Shown one piece after another: positions 36,801-44,001 of a stretch of 49,653 nucleotides of DNA (within the stretch, counting starts at the first letter, position 1; each line of letters opens with the position of its first letter). The position numbers and the translations under genes were made by a program. The DNA is from Methanobacteriota archaeon. GTDB taxonomy: Archaea; Thermoplasmatota; Thermoplasmata; SG8-5; DAIRED01. The stretch is taken from NCBI GenBank assembly GCA_043799545.1, contig JAZDNO010000021.1:1-49653 (forward strand). Reading direction: 5' to 3'. Under the pieces are notes generated by a model. That model made no database searches. It was given only the letters and a program-made list of their open reading frames with translations, and was not told where the DNA came from.

Positions 36801-38558
36801 GCCATGGAGGCCGCCAACCTCAAGAAGGCGCTGGAGCTGGCGATGAGGTCCGAGGGCGAGCTTGAGAAGATGGGGCTGCAGCAGGAGATGGCGGCCAAAG
36901 CCATACGCACGGCCGAGGACAAGTTCGCCGACGCGAATGCGCAGAACATACATTCGTCAGCGGCGGCGGCGCTCATCGAGACCGCCAAGGCGGAGCTCAG
37001 GAAAGGGGATTACGTCCGCGCGCTAGAGGTCGCCATCCAGAGCGGCGACGAGCTGCACAGGACGAAGGAGCTGTTCCAGGAGGCGAACGAGTCCGCGAGG
37101 ATGGCCCGCGAGGCGCTTGCATTGACTGGCAAGATGGGGGCGGACGTCTCGTCCCTGAAACAATTGTCCGACGCGCTGGATTCGGCTATGGGCTCCAGCG
37201 ACTACCACGCAGCGGACGAGAAAGCCAAGGCCCTCCAGGCGGAGGCGAAGCGCGTCTCCCACACCCACACGAGCAACAGGATTGTGGCGGCTCACAACGT
37301 CCTCAACATCGCCGGAAGGCTCTCGATAAACGTACCCGATGCGGGGACGATGCTGGCCCAGGCCCGGTCGTACCTGGAGAACGGCAGGTTCGAGAACGCC
37401 GTCGAGCTCGCCGGCAGCGCCATGGACAAGACCAAGTCCGCGATCGAGGGGCACGCCAGGGCCGCGCTCGACGAGACGAGCGCGGAGATGAGCCACGCCG
37501 TCCAGCTCGGGGGCGACATCTCGAACGCCGAAAAGTTGTTCATGAGGGCCAAGCAAGCTCTGGAGACTGGCGAATTCGAGAGCGCCGTCAAGCTTGCCAA
37601 GGAAGCGCGCACCACGATAATCATCCACAAGAAGATGGACACGGAGTTCGTCGTCCTCTCGGGCGAGGCGAACAAGACGATAACGATGGCCAAGAAATAC
37701 GGCATACCGGTCAGGGAGCCAGAGCAGCTCCTCTCGCTGGCAATGGCCGCGAAGGACTCGAACTACGAGCAGGCCCTCAAGTACGCCAAGGAAGCCGCGG
37801 CATCGTCGCAGAAGGCGCTGGAGGACTTCAAGCCCGAGATATCCCTCAACCTAAGCGTGCAGGGCGATCTGAAGACTGGCGATTGGCTGGAGTCCACATT
37901 GACGGTGACCAACGCGGGCAAGACCCTGGGGAAGGACGCGAAAATCCAGATAATGGGCGCGGTCGAGGCGGAAGGGGCGCTCGACGTGGGGAACCTGCGG
38001 GGGAACGGCGCTTCCGTCACCCTGCCAGTGAAAATAAAATTCAAGGACCCTGGAGAGGTGCCGGTGATTGTCAAGGCCAAGGCATCGCGGGTCCTCGACG
38101 GAAAGGAATACACCTGGGAATCCACGTTCCAGTTCATGGTCAAGGCTCCGGAGGCGGAGAAGTCTGAAACCATTGCCAAGTTCTCTCGCGAGCTGGCCGC
38201 AGAGCCGTCCAAGTGCGCGATATGCATGGGAAACGTGAAGCCTGGAATGAAGATAATCAAATGCTCGTGCGGCAGGACGACGCACGAGCCATGCGGCACG
38301 CGCGCCGGCAAGTGCCCCGGGTGCGAGACCTCGTTCTCCTCGAACGTGATGTCGACCGAGCAGGTGGAAAAAGAACTCTTCGACGGCGATTCGAAACCCG
38401 CGCCTAAAGCCCCGGTCCAAACCCCGTCGCCATCGCAGCCAGTCCCATCACCAATCGCCCCCGCCCCCCACCCCGAGGCCACGAGCCAGCCAGCGCAGGC
38501 CCAGGGAGCTTCTGCGGAAGCTCCGAAGAAGAAGCGCCTGGCGCTCAAACTTCGTTGA
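33807..38558 (+). CDS. 1583-aa alpha-helical tandem-repeat protein with a C-terminal Ig-like domain and a C4HC3 RING/PHD-like finger
   Basis: Recurring ~65-aa unit (A..LG.D...A...L..A..A....Y..A...A..A); Ig-like LTVTNAGK..GASVTLPVKIKF; CAIC..CSC..H..C..CPGC. No TM or signal peptide. TTG start. Confidence 0.82.
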   Translation: MASSYLKAMQLRKQLEEKAKETAQLRQKAEDALSSAETLLGNAKAADLDTSAVNEIMNKAKMAMADKDYETALGQTSLFKEEVAKTYDKLIETICASTESLLSFLDEGAPEKKQVETLLVKAGDSRGAGDVEGALKHAKAAWEIAEKLMNGKLSAQFSAAQSLIVTARNSKEDVKEAEELLTMARSAMSSQDYTTAFEHVRKCIESTSGSLVEQINEDLDEARGLIATAKGLGIDTAKPEESLAKVEEQLDRYEFEGAMSSASLAKSEAEKALTRGISDVVERVSAEILSAEKIDAEVKLAQGHLTRAKSAIKGGNYEEAIGALKDGEEETKNAQFQRVLQTISQSKSKFMIAKKLDIDVSGPVDFLNKAKESMKSNDYKRALEFAEKGDDAIEQLVRDYQEADEAIKGLEQAVNDASESGIDAVAAAQTMAQAKETLEQKDYRKVALLVHKGLSEVEGLLYRMAMEHIEIAELVLNTGEKIGANMKEARDLFKESVDSMKAKKFKQAATSSDSCAARAEALIKDHVSGFIMTVELAIEQVEGIDPARPRELLSMAKQGFDQAEYDKSYELAHEAFSIVDSGQSRKARDELADMEKEILLTKEMGCTIEEMLRKLDSAKTAIADKNYAQVYNIYQDVSQTAKTLQYGAAEMAFSNAKLAVVEAKKLGIDITNMRETLKKAKSSFDLERYKETFDLSLASQNEASRMMSLRTEAYNTITQTAAMVAEAKKNNADVDKVMATLLGAKTAFERFDYKSSIDIANQARTETEALMNLYNSANLLMRFRDDIKLLQNLKVEGIEGYIKKAEDAKNFLKNKDYESAQSVLTVPAKEAREKLSATISSLISIGQSAVDAAKELRVRVDSAEAIISRSKTALAAEHFQEAVDNALEARNEVDRIRDLSLRAAKAVKEAHEKVSECENLRADPVSAKLKLEDAMESIKSSDYDKAIKLAQQAMEEATRSEHKYVAETINNFRLTIEKAKMDGTNVTAAERLLNQAREAMEAANLKKALELAMRSEGELEKMGLQQEMAAKAIRTAEDKFADANAQNIHSSAAAALIETAKAELRKGDYVRALEVAIQSGDELHRTKELFQEANESARMAREALALTGKMGADVSSLKQLSDALDSAMGSSDYHAADEKAKALQAEAKRVSHTHTSNRIVAAHNVLNIAGRLSINVPDAGTMLAQARSYLENGRFENAVELAGSAMDKTKSAIEGHARAALDETSAEMSHAVQLGGDISNAEKLFMRAKQALETGEFESAVKLAKEARTTIIIHKKMDTEFVVLSGEANKTITMAKKYGIPVREPEQLLSLAMAAKDSNYEQALKYAKEAAASSQKALEDFKPEISLNLSVQGDLKTGDWLESTLTVTNAGKTLGKDAKIQIMGAVEAEGALDVGNLRGNGASVTLPVKIKFKDPGEVPVIVKAKASRVLDGKEYTWESTFQFMVKAPEAEKSETIAKFSRELAAEPSKCAICMGNVKPGMKIIKCSCGRTTHEPCGTRAGKCPGCETSFSSNVMSTEQVEKELFDGDSKPAPKAPVQTPSPSQPVPSPIAPAPHPEATSQPAQAQGASAEAPKKKRLALKLR

Positions 38559-38623
38559 ATGGTTTCACCGCGGTGCCAAAGCCGGAGCATGGATTTAAAA
38601 TCGTATTGCGGCTCCGAATTATT

Positions 38624-40147
38624 TCAACCCAGCGAGCCGACCTCCTTCTCGACGTCATGCAGTATCTCGCAGCTCTTCACGAGCGCCTTCATGGCGGTGT
38701 GGTCGGCATAAAGCGGCCTGTCAACGTCCAGGAACTTCACATGGCGGCGGATGACCTCCTTGGCCTTGTCTGTGCCCTTGCCGACCTTGTAATCCCTCAT
38801 ATCGAGGGCCTGGGCGGCGGCCATGAATTCTATGCCGAGGATGCCATACGCATTGTCCAATATCTGGAAGTTCTTTAAGGCCGTGTTCATGCCCATCGAG
38901 ACGAAGTCCTCCTGGTCTGCGGCGGCTGGGATGGATAGGATGCTTGCAGGCGCGGAGAGAATCCGCTGCTCTGTAATCAGCATGTCCGCGGTGTATTGGC
39001 TCAGCATCATGCCAGAGAACATGCCGGCACCCTTCGTCAAGAATGGCGGCAGCCCTTCGGACAGCGCCGGGTTGTTGAGCCGGTTCATCCTCCGCTCCGA
39101 GAGCACGCTGACCATGGTGACGACCGCGCCCGCGATGTCCATCGGGACGGATATCGGCGTGCCCTGGAAATTCGCGCCGGAAAGCTGGAGGTCCTCGTCC
39201 GGGAAGAAAACCGGGTTGTCCCCCACGCCGTTCATCTCCGTTTCAATCTGCTTTCTGGCGTATGCAAGCGCATCGTGGGCGCTGCCTATGACCTGGGGCG
39301 TCGAGCGCATCGAATAGGCGTCCTGAACCTTAATCTTGAGGCGCTTCTCCGCGAGGTCCCCTCCGGCTATCAACTTAAGGATCGATTTCGAGCTGCGTAT
39401 CGCGCCTGGAAATCCCCTCGCTTCGTGTATCTTGACATTGTACGGGCCCATGTTTGCCTTGAGCGCTTCAAGCGACATCGATGCGGCTATCTCGGCCTGC
39501 TTCAGCCAGTTGTTGGCGTCGTGCAGGAAGAGAGCGCTCATGGCGGTCATCAGATTGCATCCGTTTATCATCGCCAGCCCGTCCCTGGCCTTCAAGCCAG
39601 GCGGTTCGATGCCCGCGCGCTCCATCGCTTCTCGGCCTTCGAGAAGCTCTCCCTTATGGTAGGCCTTGCCCTCGCCCATCATCAGCAGCGCTATCTGGGA
39701 CATCGGCGCCAGGTCGCCGCACGCGCCGACGCTCCCTTTCTGGCAGACGAACGGCGTCACGCCGCCGTTGAGCATCTGCACGAGCGTCTGGGTCATGACC
39801 GGGCGCTGACCGGACTGCCCGTGCGAGTGAACGTTGCAGCGGAGAAGCATCGCCCCCCTGACATACTCGATGGGCGCCGGGTCGCCTATGCCAGCGGCAT
39901 GATTGTAGACAAGGTATTTCTGAAATTCCTTAATCTGCTCGGCGTTCAGGACGACCTCGGAGAACTCCCCGATGCCCGTGTTCACGCCGTACATTATCTC
40001 GCCCTTCTCGACCTTCCTCTCGAGCATCGCTCGGCATTTCTCCATGCGCTTTACCGCGTCAGGGTGGAGTTCGACCTTCTCGTTGTCCCGCGCCACTGCG
40101 ACGACCTGCTCAATGGTCAGGCTCTTGCCGTCGATTATGACAAACAT
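38624..40147 (-). CDS. hutH: Histidine ammonia-lyase (MIO aromatic amino acid lyase family)
   Basis: YGVNTGIG, NHAAG, GSVGACGDLAPM, GLAMING, VQDAYSMRSTPQV, QEDFVSM. Start moved to ATG 40147. Confidence 0.88.
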   Translation of the reverse strand: MFVIIDGKSLTIEQVVAVARDNEKVELHPDAVKRMEKCRAMLERKVEKGEIMYGVNTGIGEFSEVVLNAEQIKEFQKYLVYNHAAGIGDPAPIEYVRGAMLLRCNVHSHGQSGQRPVMTQTLVQMLNGGVTPFVCQKGSVGACGDLAPMSQIALLMMGEGKAYHKGELLEGREAMERAGIEPPGLKARDGLAMINGCNLMTAMSALFLHDANNWLKQAEIAASMSLEALKANMGPYNVKIHEARGFPGAIRSSKSILKLIAGGDLAEKRLKIKVQDAYSMRSTPQVIGSAHDALAYARKQIETEMNGVGDNPVFFPDEDLQLSGANFQGTPISVPMDIAGAVVTMVSVLSERRMNRLNNPALSEGLPPFLTKGAGMFSGMMLSQYTADMLITEQRILSAPASILSIPAAADQEDFVSMGMNTALKNFQILDNAYGILGIEFMAAAQALDMRDYKVGKGTDKAKEVIRRHVKFLDVDRPLYADHTAMKALVKSCEILHDVEKEVGSLG

Positions 40148-40233
40148 GGTAATACGACCTGCGGGGCCCCAGAAGGTTGAGAAAGTAATAAAGATATGCG
40201 CCCTCTGCCAGCTACGAAAATCGTGCGTGCGGA

Positions 40234-40396
40234 GTTCGAATCCCTCCTCTATAAAAAATATTGGCGGGCGCTTGGCATCCAATTTGGGCAAGGCTTCCTA
40301 ATTGTCTTCCTTGCCCAAACTTCGGACGAGCACTTTGCACGTTTGTGGGCTCGTCCTCGTTCGAATCCCTCCTCTATCAAAATATTAACGGGCGCG
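40234..40396 (+). repeat. Two ~38-bp imperfect direct repeats, each containing an inverted copy of the tRNA-Arg T-arm, separated by two hairpins
   Basis: gttcgaatccctcctctat at 40234 and 40359 (19 nt identical), each followed by aaaatatt..cgggcgc. Hairpins tttgggcaagg/ccttgcccaaa and ggacgagc/gctcgtcc lie between them. Confidence 0.85.
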
Positions 40397-40463
40397 GAGG
40401 GATTCGAACCCTCGACATTCAGCTTAGGAGGCTGACGCTATATCCGGTCTAAGCCACGCGCCC
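40389..40463 (-). tRNA. tRNA-Arg: tRNA-Arg (anticodon CCT), no intron, CCA not encoded
   Basis: Acceptor stem GGGCGCG/CGCGCCC, anticodon arm TCAGC-CTCCTAA-GCTGA, T-arm GAGGG-TTCGAAT-CCCTC. Confidence 0.95.
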
Positions 40464-40504
40464 TATGGAAGAATTTTGACTTGAAGCAAATTACCAACAT
40501 TCTA

Positions 40505-40545
40505 GCCACAAAGGGTAGCATCTTAAAAACGTTTCCCTTTGTGGC
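40505..40545. promoter_or_regulatory. 11-bp inverted repeat enclosing a TATA-like box upstream of tRNA-Arg
   Basis: gccacaaaggg (40505-40515) and ccctttgtggc (40535-40545) flank a 19-nt spacer that reads TTTTTAAG on the minus strand. Confidence 0.5.
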
Positions 40546-40579
40546 CACGGACCGGCGAGCGGAGCGAGGCGGTCCAGTG

Positions 40580-40743
40580 TATCCGGTCTAAGCCACGCGC
40601 CCTCTTATCAATGGTTTTTCGCTCTCGGGCGGGCTTAGCCCTTACCTCGGCGAGCGACGCATTTTGGCGATTCTCGCCTTCGGTCCGGTCTAAGCCACGC
40701 GCGTTCTTCTTGATTGCATACGTTTGGGTCTAGGCCACGCGCC
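40580..40743 (-). repeat. Three upstream copies of the tRNA-Arg 5' end
   Basis: 40580-40603 is a 24/24 match to 40441-40464; 40684-40702 matches 19/19; 40727-40743 matches 16/17. Confidence 0.9.
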
Positions 40744-40849
40744 TGTTCCTAATATGTGGCTCGGCACATGCAAAGAAATCGTAGTATATCTAATATTCTT
40801 CGCTGAGGTTCTGGGTTTTGAAGACCGTCCAGGCCCAGTATGGGCCCGG

Positions 40850-41908
40850 TCATTCGGATTTCTCAAGCAATTGTTCGAGTATGGGGCCGTAGTCGTGCTT
40901 CCTCACGTCCGTCATGCCCGGAACAGACAGTATGAGCCTCGTGGGGTTCTCCAGGGAGAATCCGCTGGACTTGACCATCGTCGAGAACTGGGTCATGCTC
41001 TCCGTGTAATCCTGGAAGTCCCTGTGGGCGGTCATCATCACGAATTCCGTGGCCCCTGTCACGAAGAAGAACGAAGGCATCTCGGAGGATATCTTCTTGA
41101 GCAGCCTCAGGCGCTCCTTCTCGGGCACGCCGACCTTGATTTTCTGGTGAACGAATGACACTATCTGGTAGCCGAGGGCGTGGAGATTCAGCATGCGCTT
41201 GTTCTCTATCAGGCCGTCCTTGAGGAACCGCTTCTTCATCGCGGATACGGCCTGCCTGGACACGCCGGCGCGTTCGGCCACCACGCTGTCCGCCATCTCC
41301 GGGTTCGTCACCATGGTCCTGAATACCTTCTTCTCTTTCGCGGAGAGCCTCGAGGCGTCGGTCCTGTCCGGCACAATCTCCTCAGCCAGCGGCTTGACGT
41401 TCAGATTGAAAGCCCGTTGGACTATCTTCGAGAGGTCGAAGTAGTTCACTGTCGACGTTAGGCGGTACGGGAAGATGACGGTGTTCCACCGGCTCTCCTC
41501 CAGCATGTCGTGGTATGCGAAATACTGCTGGAAATCCTCTATGTCCCGCCGGATGTCGGTGTAATTCTCGGCCATGTTGAGGGTTATCTCCGAGTTTGGG
41601 TCGGAGCACATGTAAAAGGCCTTGTTCAGCAGCGAGAACCTTTTGAGCAGTTTGTCAGTGTCGACGTGCTCGCCCGGATCTTTGAGCCTGCCGTAGCCAA
41701 TCGCGAGCATCTCGTAGCCCATCATCTGGAGCTTCGGGACGACCACGGAATAGTAGAACCCCCTTCGCTTTAGCCTCCGGCGGATGGCGGTTACTGTGGA
41801 CAGCTTCAATCCCGTGGCCTCCGCCTGCTCCCGGTCGTTGTAATCCGGATACCTGACGAGGTAGTATAGGCCAAGCTGTTCCTTTTTTGTTAGAGGCGGT
41901 TTACGCAT
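40850..41908 (-). CDS. Tandem (duplicated) Lrp/AsnC-like wHTH regulator
   Basis: Two HTH-plus-effector halves: LTKKEQ..DREQAEATGLKLSTVTAIRRRLKRRG and LSAKEK..DSVVAERAGVSRQAVSAMKKRFLKDG. Confidence 0.8.
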   Translation of the reverse strand: MRKPPLTKKEQLGLYYLVRYPDYNDREQAEATGLKLSTVTAIRRRLKRRGFYYSVVVPKLQMMGYEMLAIGYGRLKDPGEHVDTDKLLKRFSLLNKAFYMCSDPNSEITLNMAENYTDIRRDIEDFQQYFAYHDMLEESRWNTVIFPYRLTSTVNYFDLSKIVQRAFNLNVKPLAEEIVPDRTDASRLSAKEKKVFRTMVTNPEMADSVVAERAGVSRQAVSAMKKRFLKDGLIENKRMLNLHALGYQIVSFVHQKIKVGVPEKERLRLLKKISSEMPSFFFVTGATEFVMMTAHRDFQDYTESMTQFSTMVKSSGFSLENPTRLILSVPGMTDVRKHDYGPILEQLLEKSE

Positions 41909-41999
41909 GGAGGCTCCGTATGCGAATGAGGAATAAATAATTATCTAATCATTACAAAAGGGTAAAATGATTTGACAAAAATTGCCCCAGTGTGAAAAA

Positions 42000-42881
42000 T
42001 CAGTCGTGGGGATGTTTGTGCCCGTGATGGGAGTCCACGGATTCCTTCGGCCCGGGAGATTCCGTCTTCTTCGCATCGGATATTTCTTCTGGAGCTGGTT
42101 CCGATGGCGCCTCCTTTTTTTCTTCCGCAGCAGCATCTGTCTTTTCCTTCTTCGGCTCGGCTTTCTTGACGTACTCCTCGACGAAGCGTATCTTGTTGAG
42201 CCCGAGGGTCTCCCTCAGGTCGCTAACGGCCTTGTATTTCGATACAAACCACTTCTCGTCGTATTTGCAGATGTCTGCCAGGACGATGTCCACGCCGTCC
42301 TCTCCCTTCGGTTCGACCTTGAAGCCCTCGGTCGCGCCGTAGCTCATTTCAATTATGGCGAGGACCTTCTCCTCGATTCCGCCGAGCTTCTCTTTCACAG
42401 TGAACTTGTACTTCAGTTTCCTACCCGCCAGCCTGTCGTTGAAATCGACGCGGACGCGCCCCGAGCTGACCGCGACGACGTATCCGGATTTGTCTCCAAC
42501 GACCACGCGCTTGCCGATGTGCGGCTCGATTTCCTGGCGCAGGAATTCCCTGAGCGGGCGCACGGTGTAGTTCTTCGGGTCGCGCTCCCCCGCCCCGTCA
42601 GCCGGGAGGATGACAACCTCCTTCTCCTCTCCGACCTTCGAACCGATTATCGCGTTGTCCAGGCCCTTGAAGACCCTGCCGTCTCCCGCAATCAGCGGAA
42701 TCGGCTTGTAGGGAGTCTTCTCGTCGAAAATCTCCTCCTTCTCTGCGTCGGACTTGACCGTGGTGTCGAACATCTTGTCTCCGTCCGTCTCGACCGACCA
42801 TCCGGTGTAGTCTATCCTGACTATGTCGCCCTTCACGATTGCTGGTGCGTCCGAGTCTTCCTGCGTTTTGGCCTTGGGCAT
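42000..42881 (-). CDS. Long-type archaeal FKBP peptidyl-prolyl isomerase with a His-rich tail
   Basis: KGDIVRIDYTG..FDTT, GLDNAIIG, IF-domain insert, DFNDRLAGRKLKYKF, C-terminal HHGHKHPHD. Confidence 0.92.
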   Translation of the reverse strand: MPKAKTQEDSDAPAIVKGDIVRIDYTGWSVETDGDKMFDTTVKSDAEKEEIFDEKTPYKPIPLIAGDGRVFKGLDNAIIGSKVGEEKEVVILPADGAGERDPKNYTVRPLREFLRQEIEPHIGKRVVVGDKSGYVVAVSSGRVRVDFNDRLAGRKLKYKFTVKEKLGGIEEKVLAIIEMSYGATEGFKVEPKGEDGVDIVLADICKYDEKWFVSKYKAVSDLRETLGLNKIRFVEEYVKKAEPKKEKTDAAAEEKKEAPSEPAPEEISDAKKTESPGPKESVDSHHGHKHPHD

Positions 42882-42920
42882 CTAGCTCACCTGTTGCGCT
42901 GGTCACCGCCATGCGCTCTC

Positions 42921-42928
42921 TATATAAA
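42921..42928 (+). promoter_or_regulatory. TATA box in the FKBP/NOG1 divergent promoter
   Basis: tatataaa about 28 nt upstream of ATG 42956. Confidence 0.5.
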
Positions 42929-42982
42929 TCCTTTGCCAAGGGCACAGATAGCGTTATGCACAAGAAACGGGATGGGCGGCCA

Positions 42983-43906
42983 ATGAAAAAGATTAGGACC
43001 ATCCTCACGGCCGAAGAGCTGCTAGACACTGCATTCAGGAGGGCGTCGAAGATAGACCGTCCGGAAAATCTGGCAAAGATCAAGGTGAACGCCGTCGCCA
43101 GCATCATAACCGCCAAGCTGAACGGATACGTCAAGTCCTTCCCCAGCCTGGACAACCTCCACCCGTTCCACGGCGAGCTGGTCGACGTGCTTGTCGGGCG
43201 GGACGAGTTGAAGCACGCCCTCGGGGCCGTTCAGTGGTGCTCGGAGCGCGTGGAAGAGCTGGCGAGGAAATTCCGGGGAAAGGACGTGAACCCCCCCTAC
43301 GGCCGGATGTCTTCCATGGTCAAGAAGATTGCAAAGGAGCTTGTATTCTTGCAGGAGGCGCGGAGGGAGCTCAACCACATACCGGAAATCAATCCCTGCC
43401 TCCCGATAGTGATAGTCGCCGGCCCGCCGAACGTCGGCAAGTCGTCGTTGGTCGCCAAGATGTCCAGCGCCAAGCCGATGATTGCTAGCTATCCGTTCAC
43501 GACGAAGGAGCTGAGCCTTGGCCACACGGATTTCAACGGCATGACCGTCCAGATAATCGACACGCCTGGCCTCCTCGACAGGCCCATGGACGAGCGCAAC
43601 GACATAGAACGCCAGGGCATACTCGCCCTGACCCACCTGGACGCCGTCGTGCTCTTCCTCCTCGACCCCTCCGAGACCTGCGGATACCAATTTCCATACC
43701 AAGAAAGGGTCGCGGCGCAGGTCACCAGCGCGTTCCCCCCCGGGAAGCTCATCGTCGTTGAGGCGAAGGTGGACCTCGCGGAGAGCGGAAAAAGGGACGG
43801 ACGCATACGGATTTCCACAGTGAAAGGAACCGGGCTGGACGAGCTTCGGGTGAAGGTCGGCGAGAGCCTGAACCTGCCGAAGAAGCGCGAGGAGTCGTTC
43901 TTCTAG
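42983..43906 (+). CDS. NOG1-family (Obg-like) GTP-binding protein
   Basis: TAEELLDTAFRRAS, G1 GPPNVGKSS, G2 YPFTT, G3 DTPGLLDR, FLLDPSETCGY. Alternative start at 42956. Confidence 0.92.
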   Translation: MKKIRTILTAEELLDTAFRRASKIDRPENLAKIKVNAVASIITAKLNGYVKSFPSLDNLHPFHGELVDVLVGRDELKHALGAVQWCSERVEELARKFRGKDVNPPYGRMSSMVKKIAKELVFLQEARRELNHIPEINPCLPIVIVAGPPNVGKSSLVAKMSSAKPMIASYPFTTKELSLGHTDFNGMTVQIIDTPGLLDRPMDERNDIERQGILALTHLDAVVLFLLDPSETCGYQFPYQERVAAQVTSAFPPGKLIVVEAKVDLAESGKRDGRIRISTVKGTGLDELRVKVGESLNLPKKREESFF

Positions 43907-43964
43907 GCGATGATGCCATCAGAGAGTAGAGAAGACAAGAAAAGATGAGAATAAAAAGGATTTG

Positions 43965-43983
43965 GGGGTCGCGTGGCGACCCC
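43965..43983 (-). terminator. GC hairpin plus pyrimidine tract downstream of the 1.77-kaa surface gene
   Basis: ggggtcgc-gtg-gcgacccc; on the minus strand it is followed by caaatccttttt and a long pyrimidine run. Confidence 0.6.
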
Positions 43984-44001
43984 TTCAGTGCCGATGTTTG
44001 C

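Noticed and set aside
40441-40743. CRISPR array interpretation of the 24-bp repeats
   Set aside because: The repeats are tRNA sequence, spacer lengths are very unequal (24-115 nt) and no cas genes are present.
40200-40760. Split, permuted or second tRNA assembled from the fragments
   Set aside because: No fragment has an anticodon arm or a bulge-helix-bulge motif, and an intact tRNA-Arg is already present.
42000-42030. His-rich FKBP tail as a novelty
   Set aside because: SlyD-like metal-binding tails are well known.
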